Of a DNA stretch of 64,000 bases, positions 51,707-61,862 are shown piece after piece. A program made the translations under genes and the position numbers. The notes under the pieces are model-generated. The model saw only the letters and a program-made list of their open reading frames with translations, made no database searches and was not told where the DNA came from. The DNA is from a virus (taxonomy: Duplodnaviria; Heunggongvirae; Uroviricota; Caudoviricetes): positions 1 through 64,000 of IMG/VR virus record IMGVR_UViG_3300013954_000001, one strand, 5' to 3'. The number at the start of each line of letters is the position of its first letter. Positions within the stretch are counted from its first letter, which is position 1.

Positions 51707-52197
51707 ATGAGCGCCAACAAACAAAATTCGAAGAGCGATTGAATCAGATCATCGGAGCCGAACCTGACGTCGGAGCCGTCTTGGATGAACTTGAAGACGA
51801 AGGCGTCAAGAATTTACCCGCTGTTGTCGAATACGACGACGTCAAGTCGGCAGTGGTGGCTTGTCCCGACAAGCCAAGCGATCTAGTCGACGATTACATG
51901 TATACGCGTAAGATTCTATACGGGCTGATCAATCGTGGCACAGTGGCGCTAGAAGGTGCCCTCATGATCGCCCGCGAATCGGAGCATCCGCGCGCGTTTG
52001 AAGTGTCGGCCAACATCATGAAAGGTGTTGCTGAACTGACTCGCGACCTCATGGAACTTCAGAAGACTATGAATGGCGGCGGCGCCAAGAGTCAGTCAAT
52101 CGGTAAACAAGTCAACATTCAAAACAACTTCAATGGCGTCGTCCCAGACAACGACCCGAAAGACGTCAGCGCCATGCTTGACGGCTTAGACGATTAA
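51703..52197 (+). CDS. Terminase small subunit (T4 gp16-like)
   Basis: 164 aa, identical in length to T4 gp16, and directly upstream of the large terminase. Confidence 0.6.
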   Translation: MNERQQTKFEERLNQIIGAEPDVGAVLDELEDEGVKNLPAVVEYDDVKSAVVACPDKPSDLVDDYMYTRKILYGLINRGTVALEGALMIARESEHPRAFEVSANIMKGVAELTRDLMELQKTMNGGGAKSQSIGKQVNIQNNFNGVVPDNDPKDVSAMLDGLDD

Positions 52198-52206
52198 GGC
52201 CATATC

Positions 52207-53916
52207 ATGTCAGCCTACCCTTTCGACCTAATCGACTTCATCAAGTCAAACAAAGCACTGGTGAAGAAGTACTTGAAGAAGGACACGATGTCTGTCGTCG
52301 TGCCCGACTTCGTTACGTCGAAAGATCACTACTACATGAATAATCCGATCATCTTACGGGATGGCGTTACTTTCGAATACAGCGACTTGCAGAAGCTTGA
52401 GTACATCAAGTGTATGAAGGATGTCGTGTACTTCGCAAAGAAATACGTAAAGATCATCAGCATCGACGACGGCGTCATTCCGTTCGACTTGTATCCGTTC
52501 CAGGAAGAACTTCTAGACAAGTATCAGAAGAACCGCTTCGTTATCAGTATGCAGTGCCGCCAGTCGGGTAAAACTACGACGACAGCCACATACTTGTTGC
52601 ACTTCGCGACGTTCAACCCTGCAAAGACTGTTGCGATCTTGGCGAACAAGGCTAGCCAAGCCCGTGAAATTCTGAGCCGCGTCCAGATGTCGTATGAAAT
52701 GATGCCGTTCTTCTTGAAGCAAGGCATTCTGACGTACAACAAAGGTTCTATGAAGTTCGGCAACAAGTCAGAAATTTTCTGCGGGGCGTCGTCGTCGTCA
52801 TCTATTCGTGGTAAGTCTATTTCGCTGCTGTACATCGACGAATGTGCGTTCTTGCGCGGCGACATGGAGTTCTATGAGTCGACATACCCGACTATCTCTT
52901 CTGGTAAAGAGTCGCGAATCATCATTACGTCGACGCCTAACGGCGCCCGCGGCTTGTTCTACAAGCTCTGGAGTGAATCTGAAGCCGGCATCAACATGTT
53001 CTCTCGCATGTGTGTGCCGTGGCATATGGTTCCGGGTCGCGACGACGCATGGCGAGCCGAACAGATATCGAACACATCAATTGAACAGTTCAACCAAGAA
53101 CATGGGTTGATCTTCCGAGGCAGTCAAAACAGTCTGTTGTCGTCTGACGTGCTGGCGGCGTTGCCAATTAAAAAACCTGTCAACGTCTACGGCGACTTGA
53201 AAGTGTACGTCGAACCAGAAAAGGAAAAGCAGTACATGATAGTCGTCGACACGTCGCGAGGCGTAGGTAATGACTATTCGGCTTTCGTTGTCTTCGATAT
53301 TACGGCAGTACCATACAACGTTGTCGCCGTATACAAGAACAACCGCATTTCGCCTATGTTGTACCCGCAAATGATCAGAACAGTAGCTGACAAATACAAC
53401 TCAGCTTACGTACTGTGCGAAGTCAATGACATCGGCGAACAAGTGGCGTCGATTATGTACTACGACTTCGAGTACGAAAACTTGCTGATGTGTTACTCAG
53501 ACAAGAGCGTCCAGACTATCGGCTTCATCAAAGACGCTCGCGTAGGCGTGCGTACAACTGTCGCTGTCAAGTCTATCGGCTGCTCTAACGTCAAGACGAT
53601 GGTTGAAACTGGCAAGCTTGTGCTGAACGACGAAGACTTGATCAACGAGTTTGGTACGTTCGTGCCGCGCGGTAGGTCTTATGAAGCAGATGCAGGTGCG
53701 CACGACGACCTTGTCATGTGCTGTGTTCTGTTTGCATGGGCCAGCGTTCAACAGTACTTCATCGATTTAGTCGGTAAAGACGTCAAGAGCAACGTTCGCG
53801 AAGCGCTGATCGACGACTTAATGGCAGACCTCCTACCTTTCGGCATCATCGACGACGGCATCGAAGAGTTTACTGGTGGAATGCAGGTCGACAAACCGTA
53901 TGGCGTCATTGGGTAA
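52207..53916 (+). CDS. Terminase large subunit (T4 gp17-like)
   Basis: Walker A is MQCRQSGKTTT and Walker B is LLYIDECAF. The C-terminal RNaseH-like nuclease acidic residues are present. Confidence 0.85.
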   Translation: MSAYPFDLIDFIKSNKALVKKYLKKDTMSVVVPDFVTSKDHYYMNNPIILRDGVTFEYSDLQKLEYIKCMKDVVYFAKKYVKIISIDDGVIPFDLYPFQEELLDKYQKNRFVISMQCRQSGKTTTTATYLLHFATFNPAKTVAILANKASQAREILSRVQMSYEMMPFFLKQGILTYNKGSMKFGNKSEIFCGASSSSSIRGKSISLLYIDECAFLRGDMEFYESTYPTISSGKESRIIITSTPNGARGLFYKLWSESEAGINMFSRMCVPWHMVPGRDDAWRAEQISNTSIEQFNQEHGLIFRGSQNSLLSSDVLAALPIKKPVNVYGDLKVYVEPEKEKQYMIVVDTSRGVGNDYSAFVVFDITAVPYNVVAVYKNNRISPMLYPQMIRTVADKYNSAYVLCEVNDIGEQVASIMYYDFEYENLLMCYSDKSVQTIGFIKDARVGVRTTVAVKSIGCSNVKTMVETGKLVLNDEDLINEFGTFVPRGRSYEADAGAHDDLVMCCVLFAWASVQQYFIDLVGKDVKSNVREALIDDLMADLLPFGIIDDGIEEFTGGMQVDKPYGVIG

Positions 53917-53984
53917 ATCAATCAAGATCGCCGTTGTCATAAATATCATTAAGATTTACAACATCCTTAATCGAGGTAAGATAC

Positions 53985-55586
53985 ATGTCGCAATCTCCCG
54001 GTGTATATACTCAGGAGAAAGATTTGACGTTCAATACCCAAAGCGTGACTTCTAACGCTACAGGGTATGTCGGTCTTTTCCGTTGGGGCCCGGCCGATGA
54101 AGTAGTCGAACTGACTACTAACGAAGCCGAACTAGCCCAGCGTTTCGGTCAGCCTGACGCGCTGACAACTTCGTTCTTCCATGCAGCCGCGAACTACATG
54201 AATTACAGCGTACCTCTGTACGTCGTTCGTGCTATTGGCGGCGCCGCGAAGAACGCAATTCCTGCCGATGCTAAAACCAACGGTATTTCCGCTCCTGTCG
54301 TACTGAACAAAGATCACTACGAAGACGTCAACCTTGACGGCATCAGCTTTGTAGGTCGATATCCTGGAGAACTGGCCAACACTCTGAAAGTGTCTGTTGC
54401 CGATTCGACCGGTTTCGCTACTTGGGCGTACGCCGACGAATTCGAGTACGCGCCTGTTAGTGGCACGTTCAATATGGTAGTAGTCGACGAAGACGGTCTG
54501 CTGACTGGCTCTAAAGGCGCAGTCGTAGAACGCTACGAACTCATGACTACAACTCCTGGCGCCAAGAAGACTGACGGTACGTCTGCGTACATCGTAGAAG
54601 TTGTCAAGAACCAGTCTCAGTTCCTGTTCGTCGGCGACGTCGCGGCAATCGTGTTCGAAGCTGGTGTATACGAACAATCAATGGTTGACGGCGTCGACGA
54701 TAACGTCGTAGACAACGCTGACTTCGTGTCGGCTTGGGCTAAGTTCGAAAGCAAGGACGAAGTGGATATCACTCGCGTCTTCACGTCGTTCAACCCGCTG
54801 CCGGCCACTATTGCCGCCATCGATCTTGCCGACACTCGTCAAGACACTATCGCGTTCAACGCTTGTCGTCTGGCTGACGTCTACAACACTGTAGATCGCG
54901 TCGACAACCTCGTTGCTTACTACGGCACGATTCTGAACAAGCCTACCAGCTATGCGTTCAACGTAGACAACTGGAAGATGGTTTATGACAAGTATAACGA
55001 CAAGTACATTTGGATCCCTTGCGATTCTGATGCTGCTGGTCTACATGCTCGCCTGTTCGTATTGAACGAGCCGTGGTTCTCTCCTGCCGGCCTGAACCGC
55101 GGACAGCTGAAAAACGTCATCAAGCTCGCTTGGTCGTCGAATCAGCCGCAGCGCGACGTTCTGTACAAGCAGAGCATCAACAGCATCGTGGCGTTCAAAG
55201 GCGAAGGTACTGTTCTGTTCGGCGACAAGACCGCCCTCATGGCGCCGTCTGCGTTCAGCCGTATCAACGTGCGTACGCTGTTCATCGTCATCAAGAAGGC
55301 GATTGCCCGCAGCGCTCGTTATCAGCTGTTCGAACTGAACGACTTCATCACCCAGGCGCTGTTCCGCAACGCTACTGTGTCGTATCTCGACAACGTTCAA
55401 AGTCGTCGAGGCATCTACGACAAGCGTGTCGTGTGTGACGCCACTAACAACACGCCTCAGGTAGTAGACAGCAACGAATTCGTCGGCGACATCTATGTCA
55501 AGCCAGCGCGTTCGATCAACGTCATCCGCCTGAATTTCATCGCCGTCGGTACTGGCGTCGACTTCTCTGAAATCGAAGGCGCGTAA
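53985..55586 (+). CDS. Tail sheath protein (T4 gp18-like)
   Basis: 533 aa, placed in T4 order between gp17 and gp19. A CATAAATA late-like box lies upstream, and a terminator follows. Confidence 0.7.
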   Translation: MSQSPGVYTQEKDLTFNTQSVTSNATGYVGLFRWGPADEVVELTTNEAELAQRFGQPDALTTSFFHAAANYMNYSVPLYVVRAIGGAAKNAIPADAKTNGISAPVVLNKDHYEDVNLDGISFVGRYPGELANTLKVSVADSTGFATWAYADEFEYAPVSGTFNMVVVDEDGLLTGSKGAVVERYELMTTTPGAKKTDGTSAYIVEVVKNQSQFLFVGDVAAIVFEAGVYEQSMVDGVDDNVVDNADFVSAWAKFESKDEVDITRVFTSFNPLPATIAAIDLADTRQDTIAFNACRLADVYNTVDRVDNLVAYYGTILNKPTSYAFNVDNWKMVYDKYNDKYIWIPCDSDAAGLHARLFVLNEPWFSPAGLNRGQLKNVIKLAWSSNQPQRDVLYKQSINSIVAFKGEGTVLFGDKTALMAPSAFSRINVRTLFIVIKKAIARSARYQLFELNDFITQALFRNATVSYLDNVQSRRGIYDKRVVCDATNNTPQVVDSNEFVGDIYVKPARSINVIRLNFIAVGTGVDFSEIEGA

Positions 55587-55589
55587 ATA

Positions 55590-55627
55590 GAAAAGCCGGA
55601 ACTGTTGGCGCAGTTCCGGCTTTATAC
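55590..55627 (+). terminator. Rho-independent terminator (AAAAGCCGGAACTG-ttgg-CGCAGTTCCGGCTTT)
   Basis: A long GC stem with a T-run after the gp18 stop. Confidence 0.7.
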
Positions 55628-55652
55628 AATCACTTGATCAGGAAGTAATTGC

Positions 55653-56408
55653 ATGACTATGTATATCGTGTATCTGACAGAAAATCTAGTGAACGGAAAA
55701 ATATATGTTGGAGCCCATAAGACTGATCGTCTCGACGATGGATATTTAGGTTAAGGGCCAGCGATAAAGAATGCCATTAAAAAGTATGGTAGAAAGAATT
55801 TTAGTAGACAAGTCCTTTTCGTGTTCGACAACGAAGCCGACATGTACGAAATGGAAAGTCGAATAGTAGATAGTGAATTTGTTCGTCGCCAAGATAACTA
55901 CAACGGCATCACTGGCGGTATGACAGGTAGACATTTTCCAGGTGAGCTACACCCTATGTACGGAAAGTCTCATTCAGAAGACACTAAGCGAAAAATGAGC
56001 GCCGCTAAGAAAGGTGACAAACACCATAACTGGGGCAAGACTGGCGAAGGCATGCCAATGTTTGCAAAGAATCACAGCGAAGAGTCTAAAAACAAAATAC
56101 GCGCAGCAATGATTGGCAACAAGCACGGTAAAGGATTCAAATGGTCAGATGACGCCAAGGCTAGAATGAGCGAAGCGCGCAAAGGCTCTGACACTTCTCA
56201 TTTAGTTAGGTGTGGCGAAGACAACGGTTTCTTTGGTAAGTCACACTCTGAAGAAACTAAAACCAAAATTCGTGAAAGTTATAACAAATCTCAAATATTA
56301 CTGACTTGCCCGCACTGCGAAAAGCAGTCGAGGAACAAGGCTAATATGAGACGTTATCATTTTGATAACTGCAAGTCTATAAATAATGTAAACATTTTAG
56401 AGGTTTAA
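55653..56408 (+). pseudogene. GIY-YIG homing endonuclease (Seg/I-TevI-like) with NUMOD3 repeats and a C2HC zinc knuckle, interrupted by an in-frame TAA at 55752-55754
   Basis: The N-terminus YIVYLTENLVNGKIYVGAHKT is a GIY-YIG box, followed by a TAA. The same frame continues AIKKYGRKNFSRQVLFVFDNE...NYNGI, which is the KYG..NF.F.ILE...GYNI continuation of the family. The C-terminal CPHCEKQSRNKANMRRYHFDNCK matches the HNH gene at 21935. Confidence 0.55.
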
Positions 56409-56412
56409 ATCT

Positions 56413-56937
56413 ATGTCCATTTCACGTTTCAAGTCGGCCCTCAAAGGGGGTGGCGCACGGAGTAACCGCTTCGAAGTTCTGATCGATTTCCCGGCATTCG
56501 CTGCCGGGAACGACGAAATCCGCAAGACGGCTTTCTTGTGTTCGTCTACTCAGCTACCGGGTTCGACTCTTGGTGTTATCGAACAACCGTTCCGTGGCCG
56601 CGTGCTGAAGCTGGCAGGCGACCGCACTTTTGACGAATGGGAAGTTACATTCGTCAACGACACTGACTTCGGTCTGCGCAACGCGTTCGAGCGCTGGCAC
56701 AACTTCATCAACGGCTACAACAGCAACACTGGTTCTACTGTACCTGACGACTACATGTCGAACTGTACTGTATACCAGCTTGACAACAACGACAACCGTA
56801 TCAAGGAATATACTCTGATGCTGGCTTGGCCGACTGTTGTCGCTCCGATCGAAGTAGGTCAAGACCAAAACGATCAGATCGAAATGTTTGCTGTCACGTT
56901 TGCCTACAGTGACATCAACAACGGCAACAACTCTTAA
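56413..56937 (+). CDS. Tail tube protein (T4 gp19-like)
   Basis: SNRFEVLI, AGDRTFDEWEVTF and FAVTFAY parallel T4 gp19 PNLFQVEI, AGDRTFDDWTVTV and FEVTLAL. Confidence 0.8.
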   Translation: MSISRFKSALKGGGARSNRFEVLIDFPAFAAGNDEIRKTAFLCSSTQLPGSTLGVIEQPFRGRVLKLAGDRTFDEWEVTFVNDTDFGLRNAFERWHNFINGYNSNTGSTVPDDYMSNCTVYQLDNNDNRIKEYTLMLAWPTVVAPIEVGQDQNDQIEMFAVTFAYSDINNGNNS

Positions 56938-56944
56938 GCTAAAT

Positions 56945-56970
56945 ATGGGTGAAGATGTAAAAGTCTTCAC
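56945..56970 (+). other. Hairpin GGGTGAAGA-tgtaaaag-TCTTCACCC between gp19 and gp20; no T-tract follows
   Basis: A 9-bp perfect stem immediately after the gp19 stop codon. Confidence 0.35.
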
Positions 56971-56996
56971 CCACTTTAGCAAAAGGTTATCACTTT

Positions 56997-58520
56997 ATGG
57001 CGATGTTTGACTTTCTAAAAGGCAAAAAGGTTGTAGATGAACTAGACAGCAAGACGCTGTCGAATCAGATCGCAACTGACTTCTCGGACGGTGCGCTCAC
57101 TATTGAGAACGCCGCGTCAAACTTCATCATGAATTTTGATTGGACTGCGAATACTCAGGCAGAACTAATTGACAAGTATCGCGAAGTTGCGAACTACAAC
57201 GAAGTAGACTTTGCCATTCAAGACATCATCAATGAAATGGTGTCGTTCGGCGAAGACGAAGACCCAGTCAAGATTGACTTAGATGACGTCGAAATGTCTG
57301 ACGCCATCAAAAAGAAAGTGCATGAGAAATGGGAAAAGATTTGTGACCTGCTTGCACTGCGAGACACTATCCACCAACGCGCCTACAATTTCTACGTAGA
57401 CGGACGCGTTGCATATCACAAGGTAGTCGACTCGAATAATTTGAAGCGTGGTCTGCTCAACGTCGTCGAGCTAGACCCGCGTTACGTGACCAAAGTACGT
57501 AACATCAGCTACAACGCCGATGCCAAGACTATCAAGAGCATCGACGAAGTTTTCGTGTACAACGAGAACAGCCAAGACGAAAAGAACAAGCGCGCCACTA
57601 CAGTCAACGGCTATCAGTTCAAAGAAGCGTTACAGCTGTCGAAAGAGTCTGTTACGTACGTTACGTCAGGCATGACTGATCCAAAGACAGGCTACGCTAT
57701 CAGCTGGCTTCACAAGGCCGTTAAGCCGGCGAATCAGCTGCGTATGATGGAGAACGCACTAGTCATCTATCGTATCACTCGCGCACCCGAACGCCGCGTG
57801 TTCTACATCGACGTCGGCAACTTGCCTAAGAACAAAGCCGAACAATACTTGAGCAATCTCAAGAATTCGTATCGCAACCGCATGTCGTATGACCCGGAAG
57901 CCGGATCATTCAAAGATCAACGGCATCTGATGACGATGCAAGAAGACTTCTGGTTACCGCGTACGACTTCTGGTAAAGGCACTGAAGTGTCTACGCTACC
58001 AGGTGGTGCCAACCTAGACTCTATCGAAGACGTCAACTACTTCTTGCGCCGACTTTACAAGGCGCTGAACATCCCGACGTCGCGCCTCGAACAAGATTCT
58101 CTAGTCTCTATCGGTGGCCGCGACTCTCAGATCAATCGAGACGAAATGAAGTTTTCTAAGTTCGTGTCGAAAGTGCGCAAGCGTTTCAACGTCGTCTTCC
58201 GCGACTTGCTTCGAACTGAGCTAGTACTGTCGAACATCATCAAAGACACTGAGTGGGCCGAACTTGAAAACAAGATCAAGTTCGTTTACGCCCAAGACAT
58301 GTATCTCGAAGAGCGCAAGTACTTCGAAATGATGCGCGACCGTATCGATCTTGCCAATGAACTGAAGGAATACGTAGGCAAGTACTACAGCCATGACTTC
58401 ATCCGTTCTGAAATTCTGCGTCAGACTGACAGTGACAAAGAGTTGAACGACAAGAAGATCGGCGAAGAACAGAGCAACACACAATTTCAACCTAAAGAAG
58501 ACGACGACGCTCGTTATTAA
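56997..58520 (+). CDS. Portal protein (T4 gp20-like)
   Basis: 507 aa (T4 gp20 is 524 aa), at the T4 position after gp19. Confidence 0.75.
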   Translation: MAMFDFLKGKKVVDELDSKTLSNQIATDFSDGALTIENAASNFIMNFDWTANTQAELIDKYREVANYNEVDFAIQDIINEMVSFGEDEDPVKIDLDDVEMSDAIKKKVHEKWEKICDLLALRDTIHQRAYNFYVDGRVAYHKVVDSNNLKRGLLNVVELDPRYVTKVRNISYNADAKTIKSIDEVFVYNENSQDEKNKRATTVNGYQFKEALQLSKESVTYVTSGMTDPKTGYAISWLHKAVKPANQLRMMENALVIYRITRAPERRVFYIDVGNLPKNKAEQYLSNLKNSYRNRMSYDPEAGSFKDQRHLMTMQEDFWLPRTTSGKGTEVSTLPGGANLDSIEDVNYFLRRLYKALNIPTSRLEQDSLVSIGGRDSQINRDEMKFSKFVSKVRKRFNVVFRDLLRTELVLSNIIKDTEWAELENKIKFVYAQDMYLEERKYFEMMRDRIDLANELKEYVGKYYSHDFIRSEILRQTDSDKELNDKKIGEEQSNTQFQPKEDDDARY

Positions 58521-58537
58521 CTCCCGAGGAACAAGTA

Positions 58538-58777
58538 ATGTCCGAAGTAGCACAAAAGTTTATCGACCAGCTGAAGCAGCAGAATCTTCTTGAAGCCATT
58601 GAGGTGATCAAAGAAGAACTTGCTAGCCGCGCTCGCAAGACCGTCGAAGAAGTCAACTTCACTGTAGCCGAGTCTTTCAAGATGTCTCGAATCGTCGAAG
58701 CCGACGAGGAAGAAGAAGAGGATGATGACGAAGAAGACGAAGGCGACGACAAAAACGAAGGCAAGGACGACGAATAA
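58538..58777 (+). CDS. Prohead core protein (T4 gp67-like), acidic
   Basis: A 79-aa protein with a poly-E/D C-terminus (EADEEEEEDDDEEDEGDD), at the T4 position between gp20 and gp68. Confidence 0.5.
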   Translation: MSEVAQKFIDQLKQQNLLEAIEVIKEELASRARKTVEEVNFTVAESFKMSRIVEADEEEEEDDDEEDEGDDKNEGKDDE

Positions 58778-59043
58778 TGACCGAAGTCATCGACGAAGCA
58801 CGAATTATCACTAAGGTAAATGCTCGCGGTGAAAAGCGTCGACGCGTCAAGTGTAAACCAGGCTTCAAGCTGAACAGTGAAGGGACGTCTTGCGTTCCAG
58901 TCACAGGCGGCGAAAAGGCTTCAAAGCGTCGAGCAATCCGCAAGTCTGTACGCACAAAGCGCGCTATGGGTAAAGGCTTCGCCATTCGCGTTCGTCGTAA
59001 GAAGCTGCGAGCAATGAAAAAACGCAAAGCATACGGGCTGTAA
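58777..59043 (+). CDS. Prohead core protein (T4 gp68-like), basic
   Basis: An 88-aa Lys/Arg-rich protein coupled to gp67 by an ATGA overlap. Confidence 0.45.
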   Translation: MTEVIDEARIITKVNARGEKRRRVKCKPGFKLNSEGTSCVPVTGGEKASKRRAIRKSVRTKRAMGKGFAIRVRRKKLRAMKKRKAYGL

Positions 59044-59045
59044 TC

Positions 59046-59675
59046 ATGGCAAAGCTGTTGACAGAATCAAGCTTCGCAGTCGAAGTCCTTCACGAACAAA
59101 CTGCTTCTGGTAAGCAGTTGTACATCGAAGGCATCTTCGCTCAAGCAGAAGTAAAGAACGGTAACGGTCGTTTCTATGAGCGTAGCGTCATGGAGACTGC
59201 TGTTACCAACTACATCGACACTTACGTTAGTCGGCGCCGCGCGCTAGGCGAACTCAACCATCCTGACAGGCCGTTCGCAGACCCGGCAGAAGCCGCGATT
59301 CTGATCGAAAGTCTCGAATGGCAAGGTAACAACGTCATCGGTAAGGCTAAGGTGTTGAACACACCTAAAGGCCAAATTGTTGCCGGCCTGCTAGAAGGCG
59401 GCTTCAACATGGGCGTGTCTACACGCGGACTCGGAACTCTCAAAGAACAGCGCGGAATGAAGTATGTTCAACCCGGCTTCAGCTTGACAGCTGTAGACGC
59501 CGTTGATCTACCGTCAGGTCCCGACTGTTACGTGCGACCGCTTGTTGAGTCTAACTGGATTCAGAAGAACGGCGTATGGGTTATGGCTGACGGCATCGCC
59601 GAATCTCAAGGCTTCGACGAGCAAATGTTCCTCGAACGTCTAGAAAATTTCGTGAAGTCAATCAAAACAAAGTAA
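59046..59675 (+). CDS. Prohead core protease (T4 gp21-like)
   Basis: 209 aa (T4 gp21 is 212 aa), with a GELNHPDRP motif region, at the T4 position. Confidence 0.65.
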   Translation: MAKLLTESSFAVEVLHEQTASGKQLYIEGIFAQAEVKNGNGRFYERSVMETAVTNYIDTYVSRRRALGELNHPDRPFADPAEAAILIESLEWQGNNVIGKAKVLNTPKGQIVAGLLEGGFNMGVSTRGLGTLKEQRGMKYVQPGFSLTAVDAVDLPSGPDCYVRPLVESNWIQKNGVWVMADGIAESQGFDEQMFLERLENFVKSIKTK

Positions 59676-59691
59676 TCAGTTAACCTGACGT

Positions 59692-59699
59692 TATAAATA
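59692..59699 (+). promoter_or_regulatory. T4-type late promoter TATAAATA
   Basis: An exact box 34 nt upstream of the gp22 ATG. Confidence 0.6.
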
Positions 59700-59732
59700 A
59701 CTTCAATAGCAAAAACTTTAGAGGAACACAGA

Positions 59733-60470
59733 ATGGACCACATCAACGCACTGTTTGAAGGTCAGGAACTGTCCGAAGAGTTCAAAGTTAAGGCTACCGC
59801 GATTGTCGAATCTGCTCTTGCCGAGCGTGAAGCTGTCATTCGTGAAGCCGTTGAAACTGAACTCAAAGCCGATTACGAAGCTCGCATCGAAGAGCGCGTC
59901 AAAGAGCTTGAACAGGTAACTGAATCTTACATCAGCGAAGAAGTCATGCCTAGCATCGACAAGTACCTGACTGCCGCCGTCAACGAATGGCTGGAAGAGA
60001 ACAAGGTAGGCATCGAAGCTAACGCAAAAGTACAGATGGCAGAATCTTTCCTTCACGGTCTTGTTGGCCTTGCCGGCTCGCACAACCTGAAGATCAGCGA
60101 AGCCGAATCTACTCAGATCGCAGAACTCGAAGCCAAGCTTGAAGCTGTCAAAGAAAGCCTTAACCAGCTGACTGACCGCAACATTGCCCTGATCGAAGAG
60201 AACCAGTCATTCAAGAAGAGTGCCGTCGCCGGTAGCATCACTGCCGACCTCAGCGAAGCTCAGAAAGACAAGATCGCCGGCATCGTAGAGCGCATCGAGT
60301 TCAAAGACGAAGACCAGTACGCAGCTGCCGTCAAGTCAATCGTCGAGTCTTACTTCCCTGTTTCTGCAAAGCCTGAAGTCGAAGAGACCGTGGTGAATGA
60401 GCCTGTAAAGGTTGACGAAGCCGCCAAGTCTTATACGTCTCGCCTGATGGAAAGTGTGCTAGCCGGTTAA
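59733..60470 (+). CDS. Prohead scaffolding core protein (T4 gp22-like)
   Basis: A 245-aa helical protein rich in Ala, Glu and Lys, at the T4 position before gp23. Confidence 0.65.
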   Translation: MDHINALFEGQELSEEFKVKATAIVESALAEREAVIREAVETELKADYEARIEERVKELEQVTESYISEEVMPSIDKYLTAAVNEWLEENKVGIEANAKVQMAESFLHGLVGLAGSHNLKISEAESTQIAELEAKLEAVKESLNQLTDRNIALIEENQSFKKSAVAGSITADLSEAQKDKIAGIVERIEFKDEDQYAAAVKSIVESYFPVSAKPEVEETVVNEPVKVDEAAKSYTSRLMESVLAG

Positions 60471-60499
60471 TAGGCTAGCTCAATCAGAAACAATGGTTG

Positions 60500-60507
60500 T
60501 ATAAATA
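60500..60507 (+). promoter_or_regulatory. T4-type late promoter TATAAATA
   Basis: An exact box 36 nt upstream of the gp23 ATG. Confidence 0.65.
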
Positions 60508-60542
60508 AATTTAAACTACAAGTTCGTACACGGAGAACCCAA

Positions 60543-61820
60543 ATGACCGAACTTCTGAAAGAAGAAGTCGCCAAGCTGATCGAAAGCGACAAGTTCCCTA
60601 AGATCACTAGCGATTACCGCAAGCAAGTAACTGAACGCGTTCTGGAAAACCAGATCAAGTTCCTGAACCAGGTTAACGAATCTGACGTTCCTACTAACCA
60701 AACTGGCGGCGTTTCGAACTTCGATCCAGTACTGGTGAAAATGGTTCGCCGTTCTATGCCTCAACTGATGGCTTTCGACCTGATGGGCGTACAGCCTATG
60801 TCTGGCCCAACTGGCAGCATTTTCGCAATGCGCGCTCGTTACGCTAACCAGACTGGCTCTGAAGCTCTGCACGACGAAGCTAACTCAGCGTTCTCCGGTA
60901 CTGGCGCTCAAGCCGGTGATACCTCCGGTTTCGCTGCTGACGCTTTCGGCGCTGGTAGCCCGGCTGTTGGCACTACTACTGGTACTGCCATGTCTAAAGG
61001 CGCTGGCGAACTGCTTGGCTCTCAGGGCAACCCAGCTTGGGCAGAAATGGCATTCAGCGTTGAGCGTGTCGACGTGTCTGCTAAGACCCGTAAGCTGAAG
61101 GCTCAGTTCTCTCGCGAACTGCAATACGACCTGAAGAACATTCACGGTCTTGACGCAGAAAGCGAACTGGCCAACATTCTGTCGACCGAAATCACTGCTG
61201 AAATCGACCGCGAATGTCTGCGTACTATCAACGTATCCGCTGTGCTGGGTGCTCAGAACGCCGCTACTGCCGGTCTGTTCGACATCGCTGCTGACAGTGA
61301 TGGCCGCTGGCTCGTTGAGCGCTTCAAGGGTCTGCTCTTCCAGATCGAACTTGAAGCTAACGCTGTCGCCAAGGCTACCCGTCGTGGTCGCGCCAACCGC
61401 ATCGTTTGCTCGTCTAACGTTGCATCGGCTCTGAACATGGCTGGCGTTCTCGACTACAACCCTGCACTGGCTGCTAACCTGAGCGTCGATGACACTGCTC
61501 AGACTTACGCTGGCGTGCTGATGGGCAAGTATCAGGTCTACATCGACCCGTATGCTACTGTCGACTACGTGACTGTCGGTTACCGTGGTTCTAACGCTTG
61601 GGATGCTGGCGTCTACTTCTGCCCGTATCTGCCGCTTGAACTGTACCGTACTGTTGGTGAAGACAACTTCTCGCCGAAGATCGGTTTCGCGACTCGTTAC
61701 GGCGTAGTTGCTAACCCGTTCGCTTCTCACACCGCTGGCGGCGCTAAAGCCGGTCTGGGTCTGGGTCAAGGCGAAAACCAGTACTTCCGGAAAATGGCAG
61801 TTCGCAACATCGCTGGTTAA
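60543..61820 (+). CDS. Major capsid protein (T4 gp23-like)
   Basis: VKMVRRSMPQLMAFDLMGVQPMSGPTGSIFAMRARYA parallels T4 gp23 MGMVRRAIPNLIAFDICGVQPMNSPTGQVFALRAVYG. The C-terminal YFRKMAVRNIAG parallels AYFRRVYVKGI. Confidence 0.9.
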   Translation: MTELLKEEVAKLIESDKFPKITSDYRKQVTERVLENQIKFLNQVNESDVPTNQTGGVSNFDPVLVKMVRRSMPQLMAFDLMGVQPMSGPTGSIFAMRARYANQTGSEALHDEANSAFSGTGAQAGDTSGFAADAFGAGSPAVGTTTGTAMSKGAGELLGSQGNPAWAEMAFSVERVDVSAKTRKLKAQFSRELQYDLKNIHGLDAESELANILSTEITAEIDRECLRTINVSAVLGAQNAATAGLFDIAADSDGRWLVERFKGLLFQIELEANAVAKATRRGRANRIVCSSNVASALNMAGVLDYNPALAANLSVDDTAQTYAGVLMGKYQVYIDPYATVDYVTVGYRGSNAWDAGVYFCPYLPLELYRTVGEDNFSPKIGFATRYGVVANPFASHTAGGAKAGLGLGQGENQYFRKMAVRNIAG

Positions 61821-61830
61821 GGATGACAGA

Positions 61831-61862
61831 AAAAGAAAAGGCGCCTTTAAGGCGCCTTTTTT
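61831..61862. terminator. Bidirectional rho-independent terminator (AAAAGGCGCC-ttta-AGGCGCCTTTTTT)
   Basis: A perfect GC stem with A/T runs. Confidence 0.7.

Noticed and set aside
58492-58764. Minus-strand ORF encoding a poly-Ser tract
   Set aside because: It is the reverse translation of the GAA/GAC acidic repeat of the gp67-like gene.
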